Shown here in pieces: positions 18,955 to 29,826 of a stretch of 64,000 nucleotides of DNA. The stretch's first letter is position 1. Every line of letters begins with the position of its first letter. The DNA is from a virus (lineage: Duplodnaviria > Caudoviricetes). Where the stretch lies: IMG/VR virus record IMGVR_UViG_3300024297_000001; one strand, written 5' to 3'. The notes beneath the pieces were generated by a model. That model did not search any database and was not told where the DNA came from. It worked only from the letters and a program-made list of their open reading frames with translations. The position numbers were made by a program, and so were the translations under genes.

Positions 18955-21900
18955 GCTTGTGCTTCAGACCATCTAAGAATAACGTTACCAGTAATTGCCG
19001 CACCCGACGTTTTATAAACGTTAATGGCTAACACGTCTGGTCCATTCGGGAATGTACCCCTACCACCCAATGTAGTATTTGTAAGTTCTTTAATAAATGC
19101 AAGATCCAGCGTTGATCTTTCTCCAGGTTGTGCAATGAATGAGAAGATTGTTTCTCCTGGTTGTGCATATGGTGGATTTCTAAATATAAACGTTACAGTG
19201 CCAGCGGCATTAATGGTTGTATTAGCGGACTGTGAGAAGTTAACCTTATAATAATAAGTTCCTGACGCTCCAAAACGTTCTTCTGTAATACTTGTTACCT
19301 GTGTACCTGATGGCCAGTTACTATCTGAAGCCGCAACCTCTGTACCTGGTGTAACTCCTGCAGTATCTAAACTTGATTTATCTAAGTATAAGAAGTTAGA
19401 GTTAACAAACGCATCACCTTGGTTGGATACTGTAAATGTAGTTGCAGTTCTGTTAATGTTTGCATTAGTATTATTACTAATTCTAATATAACCGTACTGT
19501 GATCCACTTGGAGCATATACCTGTGTTACTGTAGAGTTAGCAGGAATACTTGTACCTGTAATAGGTGCACCAAGAATATCGCTTGGATTATCAAATGCAT
19601 CGTCAATGTTTGGTGAAGGTCCGTTATTACTACGTGCAATAAAGATGTAATTTCTATTACTTCTATTGTTATAAATTGTACTTGATAATAATGTTGCTGT
19701 TTGTTCGTCTTCTACTGTAACTGCTGTTGTAGTTTCTTGTGTATCTGAAGACCAGTTAACAGAACCACCTGGTGCAATCTGTGCGAAACTTGGTTGTCCA
19801 CCTTGTGCAACACCTGAAATACCTGCCCAACCAATATCATTTGGATTCAATGGATAGTTTTGTGGATTAAGCACACCTTCAATAACAATACCACCTGTGT
19901 CTGAACCTGCTGGTTGATCCGTTGTAACCTCAAGTCCTTCAAGTAGCAACTGTGCTCTGTTTAAAAGTTCTCTTTCTCCTAAGTCACCAACAAGTGCGTT
20001 ACTAACACTTGGTGCCAATCTAATCAAGAAAGATGTATATCTTGTAGTACTAATACTAACACCTGTCGCTTTGTAACTGAATAAGTATCCTCTATCACTG
20101 TCAAATCCACCGTCTGTAATAAACGCTGATCCCCAGTGTGATATGTTTGGACTAATTGTATTACTTACTAACACAACTCCTGTGTTTCTATCGTGTGTTG
20201 CCGCCACTCCGCCAGTGTATGTTCTTGTTGCACCTGATGCAAAGTTTGTCATCGGTGAACTTCTTGTACAACCTGTTAAATTTTTACCATCAACACCTGT
20301 GAAACGTATCATCTCAGCATCAATGTAAACAATACCACCTTCGGGTGGGAAGAACGAAGCGTCTTGTAATGGTATAATAGTTTGTGAATCTGTAATATCA
20401 CTTGCTAATTTACCACTTGGACCTTCGTTTGTAATTTCATAACGTACAGGCATGTTACCTGTTCTCATAAATGCTTCTGTGTTAACGTTACTGTTACGCA
20501 TTCTGTGACAGAATACAAAGTTACCATCAGCACCACGTAGCATGTAGTCAATAAAACCAGCACCATACCATGAATACTGTATACCTACCATCTGCATTTT
20601 TGATATATCTAAGTTGTATCCACTTGGACCAGTACCGTCCATTCTATCTCTGTTAAAATCTTTCTGTTCTGTTTTCTTATCTTTAACTAAACAAATCTTA
20701 CTTGCTTGTACATCAGTAACACCTCTAAAGTCTGGTGTTAGATACATTGTTGTATTGTTAACAACCTGTGATACAACGTGTGTCATACCTTTTAACACAA
20801 TTCTATCACCTGCTTTTAATTGTTCTCTAAATCTTGTGTTAGTACCTGTACATGTGTTTGAGTCAACATTAATATTAACTGTACCTGCTAACTGTAATGT
20901 TGCAGTTCTTTGTACAGCACTAAATTGTGTTCCATCATATTCAAAGAAAATACCGTTCTGATCATCAAATGCTCCTGAACGTACAGTTGCACCGTGGAAC
21001 TTGTTAACCGATACTTGACATTCTGATGTAAGTTCTGGTGTTGTACTTCCTAATGCACCTTGTGCAACAATCTCAAATGTATTTTCATCGTTGATATCTG
21101 TAACTGTATATGTGCCATTATAGCCTACAGTCTTAACACCAATGATTCTAACCACACCACCAATTTGTAATCCGTGTTCTGTTTCGTCAGTTGTTACTGT
21201 AATAATTGCACCTTGAGCAGTACTTGCCGATGTAATATTAAGAATGTTATAACTTGGAGCAAACAAAGCACCCGTTGTATACATAATACCCTTACCTGAC
21301 TGGTATCTAATATACTTTTTACTCTGTCTAATTGCTTGTGACCCGTGTTGTGGTCCACCTGTTCCTAACTGCACACCACCATCATATGGTCTGTGTATAA
21401 AGAACGAATCTGGTCTTGGATAAACGTTACCAATAATAGGTTCATCATTGTTAGTACCTGTATCAATGTTTCCTGGTGATCTACATTGGTATTCAAGTTG
21501 TGTTAAACTTGGAACTGCTGTAGCACTAAATGGTCCTGATGCAAGTTCATGATTGTTTACACCATCGCCTGATGTTGTTGTAACTGCAAAAGAGTTACCT
21601 GGAACAAGTCCATGTGGTGTTTGGAATGTAATTCTAATACTTGCTAATGCACTGTAAGTAACAACACTTGAGCCTGCAATAGGTGCTGTTGTTTCTTCTG
21701 ACATTGTAACAGAACTGTAAGTGTTTAATGTTTCACCTGAAACTGCTGTACCACTAACATTAATACCAACAAAGTCACCTTCTGTTGATTCTTGTGTACA
21801 ACGTAATGTTAAATCGTTTGTAGGAGTAGCGCCACCAAGTTGATCACCTGGAATAATAATTCTGTTACCTACTTCATAACTTGATCCGTCATCAGTTGCA

Positions 21901-24900
21901 ACAACAAGACTGTATGTTCCGCCACTTCTTGTAACTGTAAAGATTGCACCCGAACCTGAATTGTTTTGATTATTACCTTGGATTGCTGTTACACTGCCAC
22001 TTCCTGTAGCACCTGTACCAGTAAATGAAACTCCTGTAATTCCTCCACCTGAGTCAACACTTGTAATAGTAATTGTTAAATCGTTTGTTGGACTTGCACC
22101 ACTTAAATTAGTTCCGTTGATTACAATCTCTTGATCAACACCGTAATTAAATCCTGCACTGTCAATACTAACTGTGTAAGTACCACCTGCTAATCCAATT
22201 TGGAATTGTACACCGTTACCAACTACTCTTTGAATGTTAATTACGTTTGGATAAGATTTAGTATTAACTGCTGTACCTGAAATACTTGTTCCTGTAATAG
22301 CACCGTTAACATCAACTGATGAAATTGTAATTGTTAAATTGTTTACACCGTCAGTACCACCTAACTCTGAACCAAGTATTGTAAAGTTCTCTGCCGCCAA
22401 GTAACCTGAACCTGCGTTAGTAACAGTAATTGAATAAACTGTACCAATTCTCTGTACGTTAAACGAAGCATCAACACCGTTAACTGTTGTAGAAGTGTTT
22501 GCAGGATTACTGTAAGTTACATCTGCGTCAACTGCTGTACCTGTTGCACTTACACTTGTAATTGATCCGCCAGCACCAATACCAGTAACTGTCATAACAC
22601 AATCGTTTGTACTATCAGCGCCACCTAAATCGAAACCACTAATTTTAATTACATCACCAACAGTATAACCTGTTGATGTATCTGGTGATGCCATTGAAAC
22701 TGTATAAGCATTATTAGTGTATACAACATCAAAATTACCATCACTACCAAGTCCGCCTGATAAGTTACCTTCTTGATTAAAGAATGTACCATTACCATCA
22801 AAGCCTACACCTGATTCTGTAAATGTTAATACTTCTCCAAGAGTGTCAACAGTATCAATAAGAATTGTTAAATCGTTTGCACCGTCAGCACCTCCAAGTT
22901 GTTGTCCACCAATTTGTATTCTATCACCAACTTTATAATCTGTACCAGCGGCGTTTAGTGCTGTTGTATATACACCAGATGTTCTTGTAACATCAAAACT
23001 TGCACCGTTACCAATTGAAGTATCATTATTACCAGTAACTCCTACATAGTTTACTGTGTTACCAACAAGAATTCTTGTTGTTGCTTCTGATAATGTTAAA
23101 TCATTACCTGCAACATTTGTTACGAAAGTTGCTGTACCATCACCTCTATCAAGACCAGCACCAACTTCAACTGCTGTAGCATCTTCAACTGTAATTTGTG
23201 TTGAACCTTGTGCTATATCTGATGTCAATACAGGTGTATCAATTATTGATCCTGTACCTGTTACACCAGTAACCTGAGAACCTAATGGTATACCGCCTGG
23301 TACTGCTACAAGTGGAGCACCAAGTGCCGGTACTGCACCAGTAAATGTAATTCTGTCTGCTCCGGTTGCCGCCGCCAATGGCATAGTAAATGATCCTGAT
23401 GAACCTTGTGTAGTAACTTCGAATGTTGGAGTGTCACCCTGAATACTTGCACCTGTGTAAAATGCCGCTTGTCTTAAAATTGTATAGAACGTTACAAGTG
23501 ATGTACCTGCTGATATTCCAACTTTAGCCTTTGCGTAATATGTAAAAGTTGTATTATCAACAACACTGTTAATAATAAATGTACCTTCAGCACGACCGTT
23601 ACCTGCAACCTCTCCTGCTAAACCTCTAATAGTAATTGGATTACCTTCTTCAAATCCATGTGGTGCAGTTGTTGTTACAGTAATTAAGGATTGACCAACT
23701 CCGCTACTGCCTGATGATGCATCAGTAGTAACACCTGCAACCCCTGTATCAGTGCCTGGTACTTCGTATGTTGATGGATAACCACGCATTGTACCAATCG
23801 CTTGCCACTTGGTAGGCTGTAGTCCGTACTCAAAGTCAGCGTCAAGCATTGATAGAGCGTTTGCAACTCTGTGTCTTTCAATTGCGTCAGTACCAAAGTC
23901 ATATGGTCTAACTTTTAAGTCACCTTGATCAACAAAAATTTGTAATGTATCTGTGTCTGACCATACAGTAACTTTTTCTTCTGATGGTAAAACTGAAAGT
24001 CCACCTGTAATTACATCTGTAAGTATTTTTGCTAATTCTGTAACACGATCCTGAGCACCTAATTCGCTTGCCGCACCTAAGAAATATTGTGTAGTTTCCG
24101 GAGTACCTGTTTGTTTAGTTGGATATACTGTTTTAGGTAAGATGTAATTGTTAATTAAATCTCGCATAAAGTTTTTCGCGGCAATTTCTTGCTCACGTGT
24201 ACCGTCAATCTGTGGTGTAGGACCTACCCAATATTTTGATGCTGTATCTCTTACATATTCATTACCACCGTAACGTAAATCTTTTAACATTGCATCAATG
24301 TTATATCCTGTATCTCTTTCACACTTAGGTGAATTGTAAGTATAACCGTCCCATATACTTCCTGCTGTTGCGTTAGTAACGTTATCTACAATCCAAGCAC
24401 GTACTTCGTCTTTAATAAATTCTTTGTTGTTTAAAATTAATGCTCTTGAACCTGTAAGGAATTCTGTGTTTGTTGTATCAGTATCAAATAATACTTGTGT
24501 AATTGTATCAGTATTTTCAAGAAACTTTTGAAAGTAAAAGTATGTTGGTGTAAATTCTACTGACTCATATGCATATCTTACTCCTGCGCCTTTACCTGGA
24601 TCACTAAAATTAAATAGAACCTGGTTAACAGTTGTATCAGTAATTAGTAGTAAATTATCTTGTGTAACTTTTGTTGGAAAAATTGCTCTACTAATTTCCG
24701 CTCTATGAAAGTCTGGCATTGCATCAAGACCTGAAACAATAACAGTACCAATAGTATCAACAAGTACTTTTTTTACCTGTGCCGCCGCTGTTGATTCAGA
24801 AACGTATTCATCATTTTTATATTGATAAGTTACTGCTGGTGATTGTTTAGTTGTGTAATCAGTATTTGTTAAAATGTAGTTGTTAATAATATCAACACAC

Positions 24901-25565
24901 TTTGCCTTTGCCGCTTTCTCTGGCAACCTATCGCCGTCAATTTGTGGTAATGCTCCATCCCAATATGTTGAAGCAAGATAACGTGCTTGTTCGTTACCGT
25001 TGTATCTTAAATCGTGTAATAATCCGCCTGGTTGATCTTGTACAGGATTATAAGTGTCACCACCAATAAGGTTGTAACCCATATCTCTTTCACACTTGTC
25101 ATCACTGTCATTTGTGTAACCATACATCACACTCTTTGTACCATCTGCTGATGCACTTTGGAATGCGTGTGCTAATTGATTTGTACTTGTACCTGCGTTA
25201 ATTGTAATTGTGTTTGCATCTGGAACAGCATCAACTTTAATGATATCAGGAGTAGTTGAATGAGGAATTGCTTGTTGATCAAAAGTAATTGCACCTGCTT
25301 CAAACTTAATATAGTCACCTACTTGATAAGGGTGACCTGTAATAGTAAGTGTCATTACACCTGTTGTAGGTTCGTAAGTTGCACTTGTTGGTGTATGAAC
25401 ACCTGCTGTTACTTGTCTTGTAATTGCATCGTTAATCCAAGCACGAGTTTCGTCTTTTAGAAACTCAACGTTTTGTTGGATTAGGTAGTAAGCATTCGGG
25501 TGATAGTTTCCACTAATAGGAATTCCTGTATGGAAAATATAATCATTAATTTTAGTCTTTGCCAT
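18951..25565 (-). CDS. Giant (2204 aa) virion structural / tail-associated protein
   Basis: Gly/Thr-rich; two KCERD...DLRY.GNE helical modules; five ~85-aa beta repeats; C-terminal lectin-like region. Confidence 0.7.
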   Translation of the reverse strand: MAKTKINDYIFHTGIPISGNYHPNAYYLIQQNVEFLKDETRAWINDAITRQVTAGVHTPTSATYEPTTGVMTLTITGHPYQVGDYIKFEAGAITFDQQAIPHSTTPDIIKVDAVPDANTITINAGTSTNQLAHAFQSASADGTKSVMYGYTNDSDDKCERDMGYNLIGGDTYNPVQDQPGGLLHDLRYNGNEQARYLASTYWDGALPQIDGDRLPEKAAKAKCVDIINNYILTNTDYTTKQSPAVTYQYKNDEYVSESTAAAQVKKVLVDTIGTVIVSGLDAMPDFHRAEISRAIFPTKVTQDNLLLITDTTVNQVLFNFSDPGKGAGVRYAYESVEFTPTYFYFQKFLENTDTITQVLFDTDTTNTEFLTGSRALILNNKEFIKDEVRAWIVDNVTNATAGSIWDGYTYNSPKCERDTGYNIDAMLKDLRYGGNEYVRDTASKYWVGPTPQIDGTREQEIAAKNFMRDLINNYILPKTVYPTKQTGTPETTQYFLGAASELGAQDRVTELAKILTDVITGGLSVLPSEEKVTVWSDTDTLQIFVDQGDLKVRPYDFGTDAIERHRVANALSMLDADFEYGLQPTKWQAIGTMRGYPSTYEVPGTDTGVAGVTTDASSGSSGVGQSLITVTTTAPHGFEEGNPITIRGLAGEVAGNGRAEGTFIINSVVDNTTFTYYAKAKVGISAGTSLVTFYTILRQAAFYTGASIQGDTPTFEVTTQGSSGSFTMPLAAATGADRITFTGAVPALGAPLVAVPGGIPLGSQVTGVTGTGSIIDTPVLTSDIAQGSTQITVEDATAVEVGAGLDRGDGTATFVTNVAGNDLTLSEATTRILVGNTVNYVGVTGNNDTSIGNGASFDVTRTSGVYTTALNAAGTDYKVGDRIQIGGQQLGGADGANDLTILIDTVDTLGEVLTFTESGVGFDGNGTFFNQEGNLSGGLGSDGNFDVVYTNNAYTVSMASPDTSTGYTVGDVIKISGFDLGGADSTNDCVMTVTGIGAGGSITSVSATGTAVDADVTYSNPANTSTTVNGVDASFNVQRIGTVYSITVTNAGSGYLAAENFTILGSELGGTDGVNNLTITISSVDVNGAITGTSISGTAVNTKSYPNVINIQRVVGNGVQFQIGLAGGTYTVSIDSAGFNYGVDQEIVINGTNLSGASPTNDLTITITSVDSGGGITGVSFTGTGATGSGSVTAIQGNNQNNSGSGAIFTVTRSGGTYSLVVATDDGSSYEVGNRIIIPGDQLGGATPTNDLTLRCTQESTEGDFVGINVSGTAVSGETLNTYSSVTMSEETTAPIAGSSVVTYSALASIRITFQTPHGLVPGNSFAVTTTSGDGVNNHELASGPFSATAVPSLTQLEYQCRSPGNIDTGTNNDEPIIGNVYPRPDSFFIHRPYDGGVQLGTGGPQHGSQAIRQSKKYIRYQSGKGIMYTTGALFAPSYNILNITSASTAQGAIITVTTDETEHGLQIGGVVRIIGVKTVGYNGTYTVTDINDENTFEIVAQGALGSTTPELTSECQVSVNKFHGATVRSGAFDDQNGIFFEYDGTQFSAVQRTATLQLAGTVNINVDSNTCTGTNTRFREQLKAGDRIVLKGMTHVVSQVVNNTTMYLTPDFRGVTDVQASKICLVKDKKTEQKDFNRDRMDGTGPSGYNLDISKMQMVGIQYSWYGAGFIDYMLRGADGNFVFCHRMRNSNVNTEAFMRTGNMPVRYEITNEGPSGKLASDITDSQTIIPLQDASFFPPEGGIVYIDAEMIRFTGVDGKNLTGCTRSSPMTNFASGATRTYTGGVAATHDRNTGVVLVSNTISPNISHWGSAFITDGGFDSDRGYLFSYKATGVSISTTRYTSFLIRLAPSVSNALVGDLGERELLNRAQLLLEGLEVTTDQPAGSDTGGIVIEGVLNPQNYPLNPNDIGWAGISGVAQGGQPSFAQIAPGGSVNWSSDTQETTTAVTVEDEQTATLLSSTIYNNRSNRNYIFIARSNNGPSPNIDDAFDNPSDILGAPITGTSIPANSTVTQVYAPSGSQYGYIRISNNTNANINRTATTFTVSNQGDAFVNSNFLYLDKSSLDTAGVTPGTEVAASDSNWPSGTQVTSITEERFGASGTYYYKVNFSQSANTTINAAGTVTFIFRNPPYAQPGETIFSFIAQPGERSTLDLAFIKELTNTTLGGRGTFPNGPDVLAINVYKTSGAAITGNVILRWSEAQA
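21735..23025 (-). repeat. Five tandem ~85-aa protein repeats within the 2204-aa protein
   Basis: Consensus G.GA.F.V.R..G.Y......G..Y.VGD.I.I.G..LGG....NDLTI.I..V...G.I, aligned by eye. Confidence 0.75.
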
Positions 25566-25570
25566 TTACG

Positions 25571-26605
25571 TTAAACTCCTAATGCAATAGCCAACGCTGT
25601 TGCTGTACTATCTACGTATGCTTTGTTTGTCAATTCTTTTTCAGTCACCGGTCTTTGTTGTCCTATTGCTTTTGTGAACGTTGCGTCCGCAGGAGTTACA
25701 TTTCCTATTACAGTACTATTTAACCCATTTGAGGCATTCAACGCTAAGAACGAACCATCTCTTGCAGTAGTTTGTCCTATCGACATGTTATTTATTGATC
25801 CTATACCACCTGTATCTAATGTTAATACTCCTGTTCCGCTTGGTGTAATTGTAACATTATCATCAACTGGACTTAATGTTACTGTATCTGTAGCAGTCAA
25901 CGTCAATGCATTTACATACATATTGCTCATTGTACCCTGTCCTACAGGGTTAATTATTACACTACCATATGCACCTTGTGGAGCAATCTGAATTTCTGCA
26001 TCTTGACCTGTAAATGTAACATCACCGATAACATTTAAACTACTAAATGCACCCACACCTGTAATGGTTGGATCTGATGTAGTTATAGTTCCGTAAATAG
26101 TACCGTCACCAGTAGCGTAATATAATGTCTCTGGTGCAAGTGCTGGAACCTTAAATGTTACAACCCCATTGGATTTACCTTGTGCTTGTAATTCTGTTAG
26201 TGTTTCATTGGTGTTTGGATCTACATAACTTAAACCATCGCTATAAAATATAACAGGAACAAGATTAATTAATGTTGCTGATTGTGCAGTTGGATCAACA
26301 TAAAAAATATTAAAAGTTAAGAAAGGAAAGTTTGCTAAATCAAATGAATACGTTGTACCTCTTACTAAACTAAATGAAGGGTTTTCCGCTGGAATTTGTG
26401 TACCTGTGTTGTATGTTGTATTCTCAATAAATGCAGATGAATTACCTTCACCTGACTGTCTCATGTAGAATCTATTTTCAACAATTTCTTCTTCTACAAC
26501 AGAATATGTTAGACTTTTAAGTGTAACGTTACCTTCAGCATCAACACTAAATCCAGGACTCTTAAATCCGTGTTCTGCTTCTAACGGTATGTAGTTTACA
26601 GCCAT
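25571..26605 (-). CDS. Fibre-like structural protein with a degenerate cupredoxin-like domain
   Basis: NPSFSLVRGTTYSF...VTFKVPALAPETLYYA (metal ligands lost); C-terminus TNKAYVD...ALAIALGV. Confidence 0.55.
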   Translation of the reverse strand: MAVNYIPLEAEHGFKSPGFSVDAEGNVTLKSLTYSVVEEEIVENRFYMRQSGEGNSSAFIENTTYNTGTQIPAENPSFSLVRGTTYSFDLANFPFLTFNIFYVDPTAQSATLINLVPVIFYSDGLSYVDPNTNETLTELQAQGKSNGVVTFKVPALAPETLYYATGDGTIYGTITTSDPTITGVGAFSSLNVIGDVTFTGQDAEIQIAPQGAYGSVIINPVGQGTMSNMYVNALTLTATDTVTLSPVDDNVTITPSGTGVLTLDTGGIGSINNMSIGQTTARDGSFLALNASNGLNSTVIGNVTPADATFTKAIGQQRPVTEKELTNKAYVDSTATALAIALGV

Positions 26606-26620
26606 ACTATATTCTCCTCA

Positions 26621-27040
26621 TTATGCAGGTACCAATACGTTTTGTGTTTGATAATAGTTTGCACTGAATACACATTTTGCACCACGTCCTGGTGCTGAAT
26701 CATCTAATGGTTTTGCATTAACAATAATGTTTACGTAACTGTCATTAACTGTAGCAGTTACATCAAGAATTTGATTTCCTAAGTTGCTACGTCCATATAC
26801 AACTAATTCTGCTGTGCTTGGACCAGCAACTACTAAACACTTAACAATCTCTTTTTGAAATGTGCTTAGATCAGCAACAATAGTGTATTCTGCCGCACAA
26901 AAATCACCTACAAGCCATCTGTCAAGCAGTGTATCTTCTGTGATTTTCTTCCATGGTCCGTGATAACTTAAATTAGTACCGTTTTTCATTAGTACTGTGT
27001 TCTTTAAGCCTTTACCGAAAAATTTACCAATATCAAACAT
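26621..27040 (-). CDS. Hypothetical protein (139 aa), probably structural
   Basis: SD GAGG; late promoter at 27058-27064. Confidence 0.55.
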   Translation of the reverse strand: MFDIGKFFGKGLKNTVLMKNGTNLSYHGPWKKITEDTLLDRWLVGDFCAAEYTIVADLSTFQKEIVKCLVVAGPSTAELVVYGRSNLGNQILDVTATVNDSYVNIIVNAKPLDDSAPGRGAKCVFSANYYQTQNVLVPA

Positions 27041-27077
27041 AATAGTCCTCTTTAGTATATTTATCGCTTAAGAAGAT

Positions 27078-28892
27078 TTAATTTTTGACTGTAATAAGTT
27101 TAGAATATTCGGGCAAATATAGGTATTCTACGTCGGATTTAGCAAGTGTACGTACAGCATCATCCAATGTTTCAACTAAAGGTTCACCACCTAAATTAAA
27201 ACTTGTGTTAAACACCATAGGAACACCTGTTTTTTCTTTAAATGCTTTAATTAAATTGTAGTAGTTTTTGTTCTGCTTTTCGTTCACCGTTTGTATACGA
27301 CAAGTTCCGTCTACGTGTATAATAGCAGGAATCTTTTGTTCAATGCCTGGTTGACAGTTTACAGCATACATCATTGTAGGTGAACTTTTCATACCGCGTA
27401 AGTCAAACCATTCATGTACATCTTCTTCAAGAATAGTTCCAGCAAATGGTCTGAAATATTCTCTGCGTTTTACTTTGTTTACATGATCCTTACCATCTGG
27501 ATCTGTTGGATCATATAAGAAACTTCTATTACCTAAAGCACGTGGACCGTTCTCACTTTGACCTTGGAATACAGCAACAATATTCTTATCAGAGATTAAA
27601 TCAACAATATATCCATCTGAAGTATCAAATACTTCTGCTTCATGCTTCTCTGCTATAATGCTAATTTCTTCGTCAGTATAATGATAATGTGGTCCGTTGT
27701 ATAATGTATCAACTGCTTCGTGTCTACTGCTGTCATTTGTAATAAGTCTATGCTGAATCATTGCCGCACCCATTGCCGTACCAGCGTCATTACTAACAGG
27801 CTCAACATATAAATTAATGCCTTCGTCTTTTAGTTCTTCTAAGTACCAATAATTTGCAACACAGTTTAATCCATAACCACCACTAAGAACAATATTCTTA
27901 TTACCAGTCATCTTAACTGCTTTTCTAATTAAGTCAGCAACTTGTTTTTGCGTTTGTGTTTGCACAGCATACGCCATGTCTCTTCTGTTATCTAATTTTG
28001 TAACATCTTCTTCTTGACCTTGACGGTCTCTTGTTTCTTCAATAAAGTTTTTATTAACATAAGCACCATTAGGGTATGTTGGAATAATTACATTTCTATT
28101 TGATAACGGATTTGTTAAATCTTCTGTAAACAATTTAGGAATATTATTGTTTTCTTTACCATATGGAAATAGTCCCATAGTTTTACCTGCTTCAATAAAA
28201 CTAAAGCCACAGTATTCAGTTACTGCTTCATATGTTTTTACAATACCTGCTGTTTCACTAATAACAATTTCAGGTATAGTTCCGTCACCTTCACCGAAAA
28301 AGTCTGCGTTAAACTTTGGATATTCAGCACCAACAAGTGGACCATAAGTACCTAAATGTTTGTACACTGTTTTAATAGTTGCAGGATATTCACAAGTGTA
28401 AATGCTTTCTGTTTCCCAAAGTGTAGTTGGATTGTTAGGATCACCGCCCATGTTTGCAGTAAAGAAAGTTCCAGCACCATCTACGATAACTGCTGTTGCA
28501 GTATCAAATCCTGAATTATAAAAACTTAATCCAGCATGTAGTTTGTGATGAAAATAACTTAGGTCAATTACTTGTGGGTGTTTAGGAAGTAACTTAGGAT
28601 CTCTATCAATAAGTCCTAACTTACGTGCAATACCTGTATAAACATCGTCTCCTGTAAAGTCAACTTGACCTGCTGTTGCTTCTAAACTTTGTGTATGTGC
28701 AATACAAATATAATCTAACTTGTCAGTATAATCAAGTATTTTCATCATAGATGCATACGGACCTCCGTCATACTTGTGTCTACTTAAACGTTCTTCTTCA
28801 ATAGAAAATACTACTTCTCCGTCTTGAAGTAAACATACTCCTCCGTTATGTCCTCTGGCTATTCCTGCTATCCACAATGTTGGTTTCTTCAT
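27078..28892 (-). CDS. Carbamoyltransferase (NodU/CmcH/TobZ family)
   Basis: EEERLSRHK, HHKLHA, VDGAG, GKTMGL.PYG, SGGYGLNCVAN, DAGTAMGAA, GPRALGNRS, REYFRPFA, HVDGTCRIQTV, NTSFN. Confidence 0.92.
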   Translation of the reverse strand: MKKPTLWIAGIARGHNGGVCLLQDGEVVFSIEEERLSRHKYDGGPYASMMKILDYTDKLDYICIAHTQSLEATAGQVDFTGDDVYTGIARKLGLIDRDPKLLPKHPQVIDLSYFHHKLHAGLSFYNSGFDTATAVIVDGAGTFFTANMGGDPNNPTTLWETESIYTCEYPATIKTVYKHLGTYGPLVGAEYPKFNADFFGEGDGTIPEIVISETAGIVKTYEAVTEYCGFSFIEAGKTMGLFPYGKENNNIPKLFTEDLTNPLSNRNVIIPTYPNGAYVNKNFIEETRDRQGQEEDVTKLDNRRDMAYAVQTQTQKQVADLIRKAVKMTGNKNIVLSGGYGLNCVANYWYLEELKDEGINLYVEPVSNDAGTAMGAAMIQHRLITNDSSRHEAVDTLYNGPHYHYTDEEISIIAEKHEAEVFDTSDGYIVDLISDKNIVAVFQGQSENGPRALGNRSFLYDPTDPDGKDHVNKVKRREYFRPFAGTILEEDVHEWFDLRGMKSSPTMMYAVNCQPGIEQKIPAIIHVDGTCRIQTVNEKQNKNYYNLIKAFKEKTGVPMVFNTSFNLGGEPLVETLDDAVRTLAKSDVEYLYLPEYSKLITVKN

Positions 28893-28893
28893 A

Positions 28894-29826
28894 TTAAAAT
28901 CCTACGTATCCTATGTGATTATAATCAACTACCTCTTTTAAAATTGCTTCTTCGAAACTTAAAAGGTCGCGATTTTCATCTTTTAGTTTATCTAATAGTT
29001 CAACTGTACTATGTTGTTTATCGTTATTTTTGCTTTTAAGGCCCAAACTTGGACGAACTACTTCGTTCAAGTAATCATAATGTTGCCAATGACTTGGGTG
29101 TGGTTCCATCCAATCTTCATTTGTATTTGGGTCGTAAAAATCATAATGTTTTTCTTTACGTTTCCAAGCAAACAACCCTAAAGGTTCTAACCAATTTGTT
29201 TTGTCTATGTTTTCGTAAACTTTTAATTCAGGTCTTTCTTTATATACATCAACAGTATCAGTTGGTGTTTCTCCAAAGTCATTTATGTTTGGCATGTCTG
29301 TACCTAACTTATTCATATGTCCAATACTTGTCATACGCCATGTACAACCTGTGCTTTCTAATAATCCTTGTGTAAGTATTATTGCATTTTGTCCGTGCAT
29401 ATAATAACTATGTTCGTCCCAGAATGTATTAATCCAGTCGTCATTATAGCAAACTTCTCTATTCATGTAATTAAAAATACTGCCTTTAGTTTTCCAACCT
29501 ATTTCGTCAGTGTTTCTAATTGCATCGCCTCGCTTACCTTTAAACTCTACAGTTCTAAAAGTATGCCAGTCGTTACGTGTATGTGTACTCCATTGTACAA
29601 TTACTGTATCGTCTTTTGTAAGATTGTTTTTTACGTGGCATTCTGCAACACGTTCTGCAATAGCACGATTGCCTAAACCAGGAAAGCCCCAGTTCTCATA
29701 ATGATCGAATTCATAACCTAAGAAATCAGCATACGTTGGCCACGCATACATGGTAAAACTACAACCAAATACAAATAGTCTATTCTTTTTGTTCTGGTGC
29801 TTCTGGGATTTCAACTCTTGTTCCAT
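28894..29826 (-). CDS. SGNH/GDSL-like hydrolase/acyltransferase-fold protein
   Basis: FGCSFT (block I), GLGN (block II), IVQWS..TR, C-terminal PHPS. Confidence 0.55.
   Translation of the reverse strand: MEQELKSQKHQNKKNRLFVFGCSFTMYAWPTYADFLGYEFDHYENWGFPGLGNRAIAERVAECHVKNNLTKDDTVIVQWSTHTRNDWHTFRTVEFKGKRGDAIRNTDEIGWKTKGSIFNYMNREVCYNDDWINTFWDEHSYYMHGQNAIILTQGLLESTGCTWRMTSIGHMNKLGTDMPNINDFGETPTDTVDVYKERPELKVYENIDKTNWLEPLGLFAWKRKEKHYDFYDPNTNEDWMEPHPSHWQHYDYLNEVVRPSLGLKSKNNDKQHSTVELLDKLKDENRDLLSFEEAILKEVVDYNHIGYVGF

Noticed and set aside
29780-29826. Programmed frameshift fusing GT9 to the SGNH protein (47-nt overlap, CAAAAAG)
   Set aside because: The downstream frame is +1, there is no canonical X XXY YYZ heptamer in frame, and an in-frame ATG exists at 29826. 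A simple overlap is enough.
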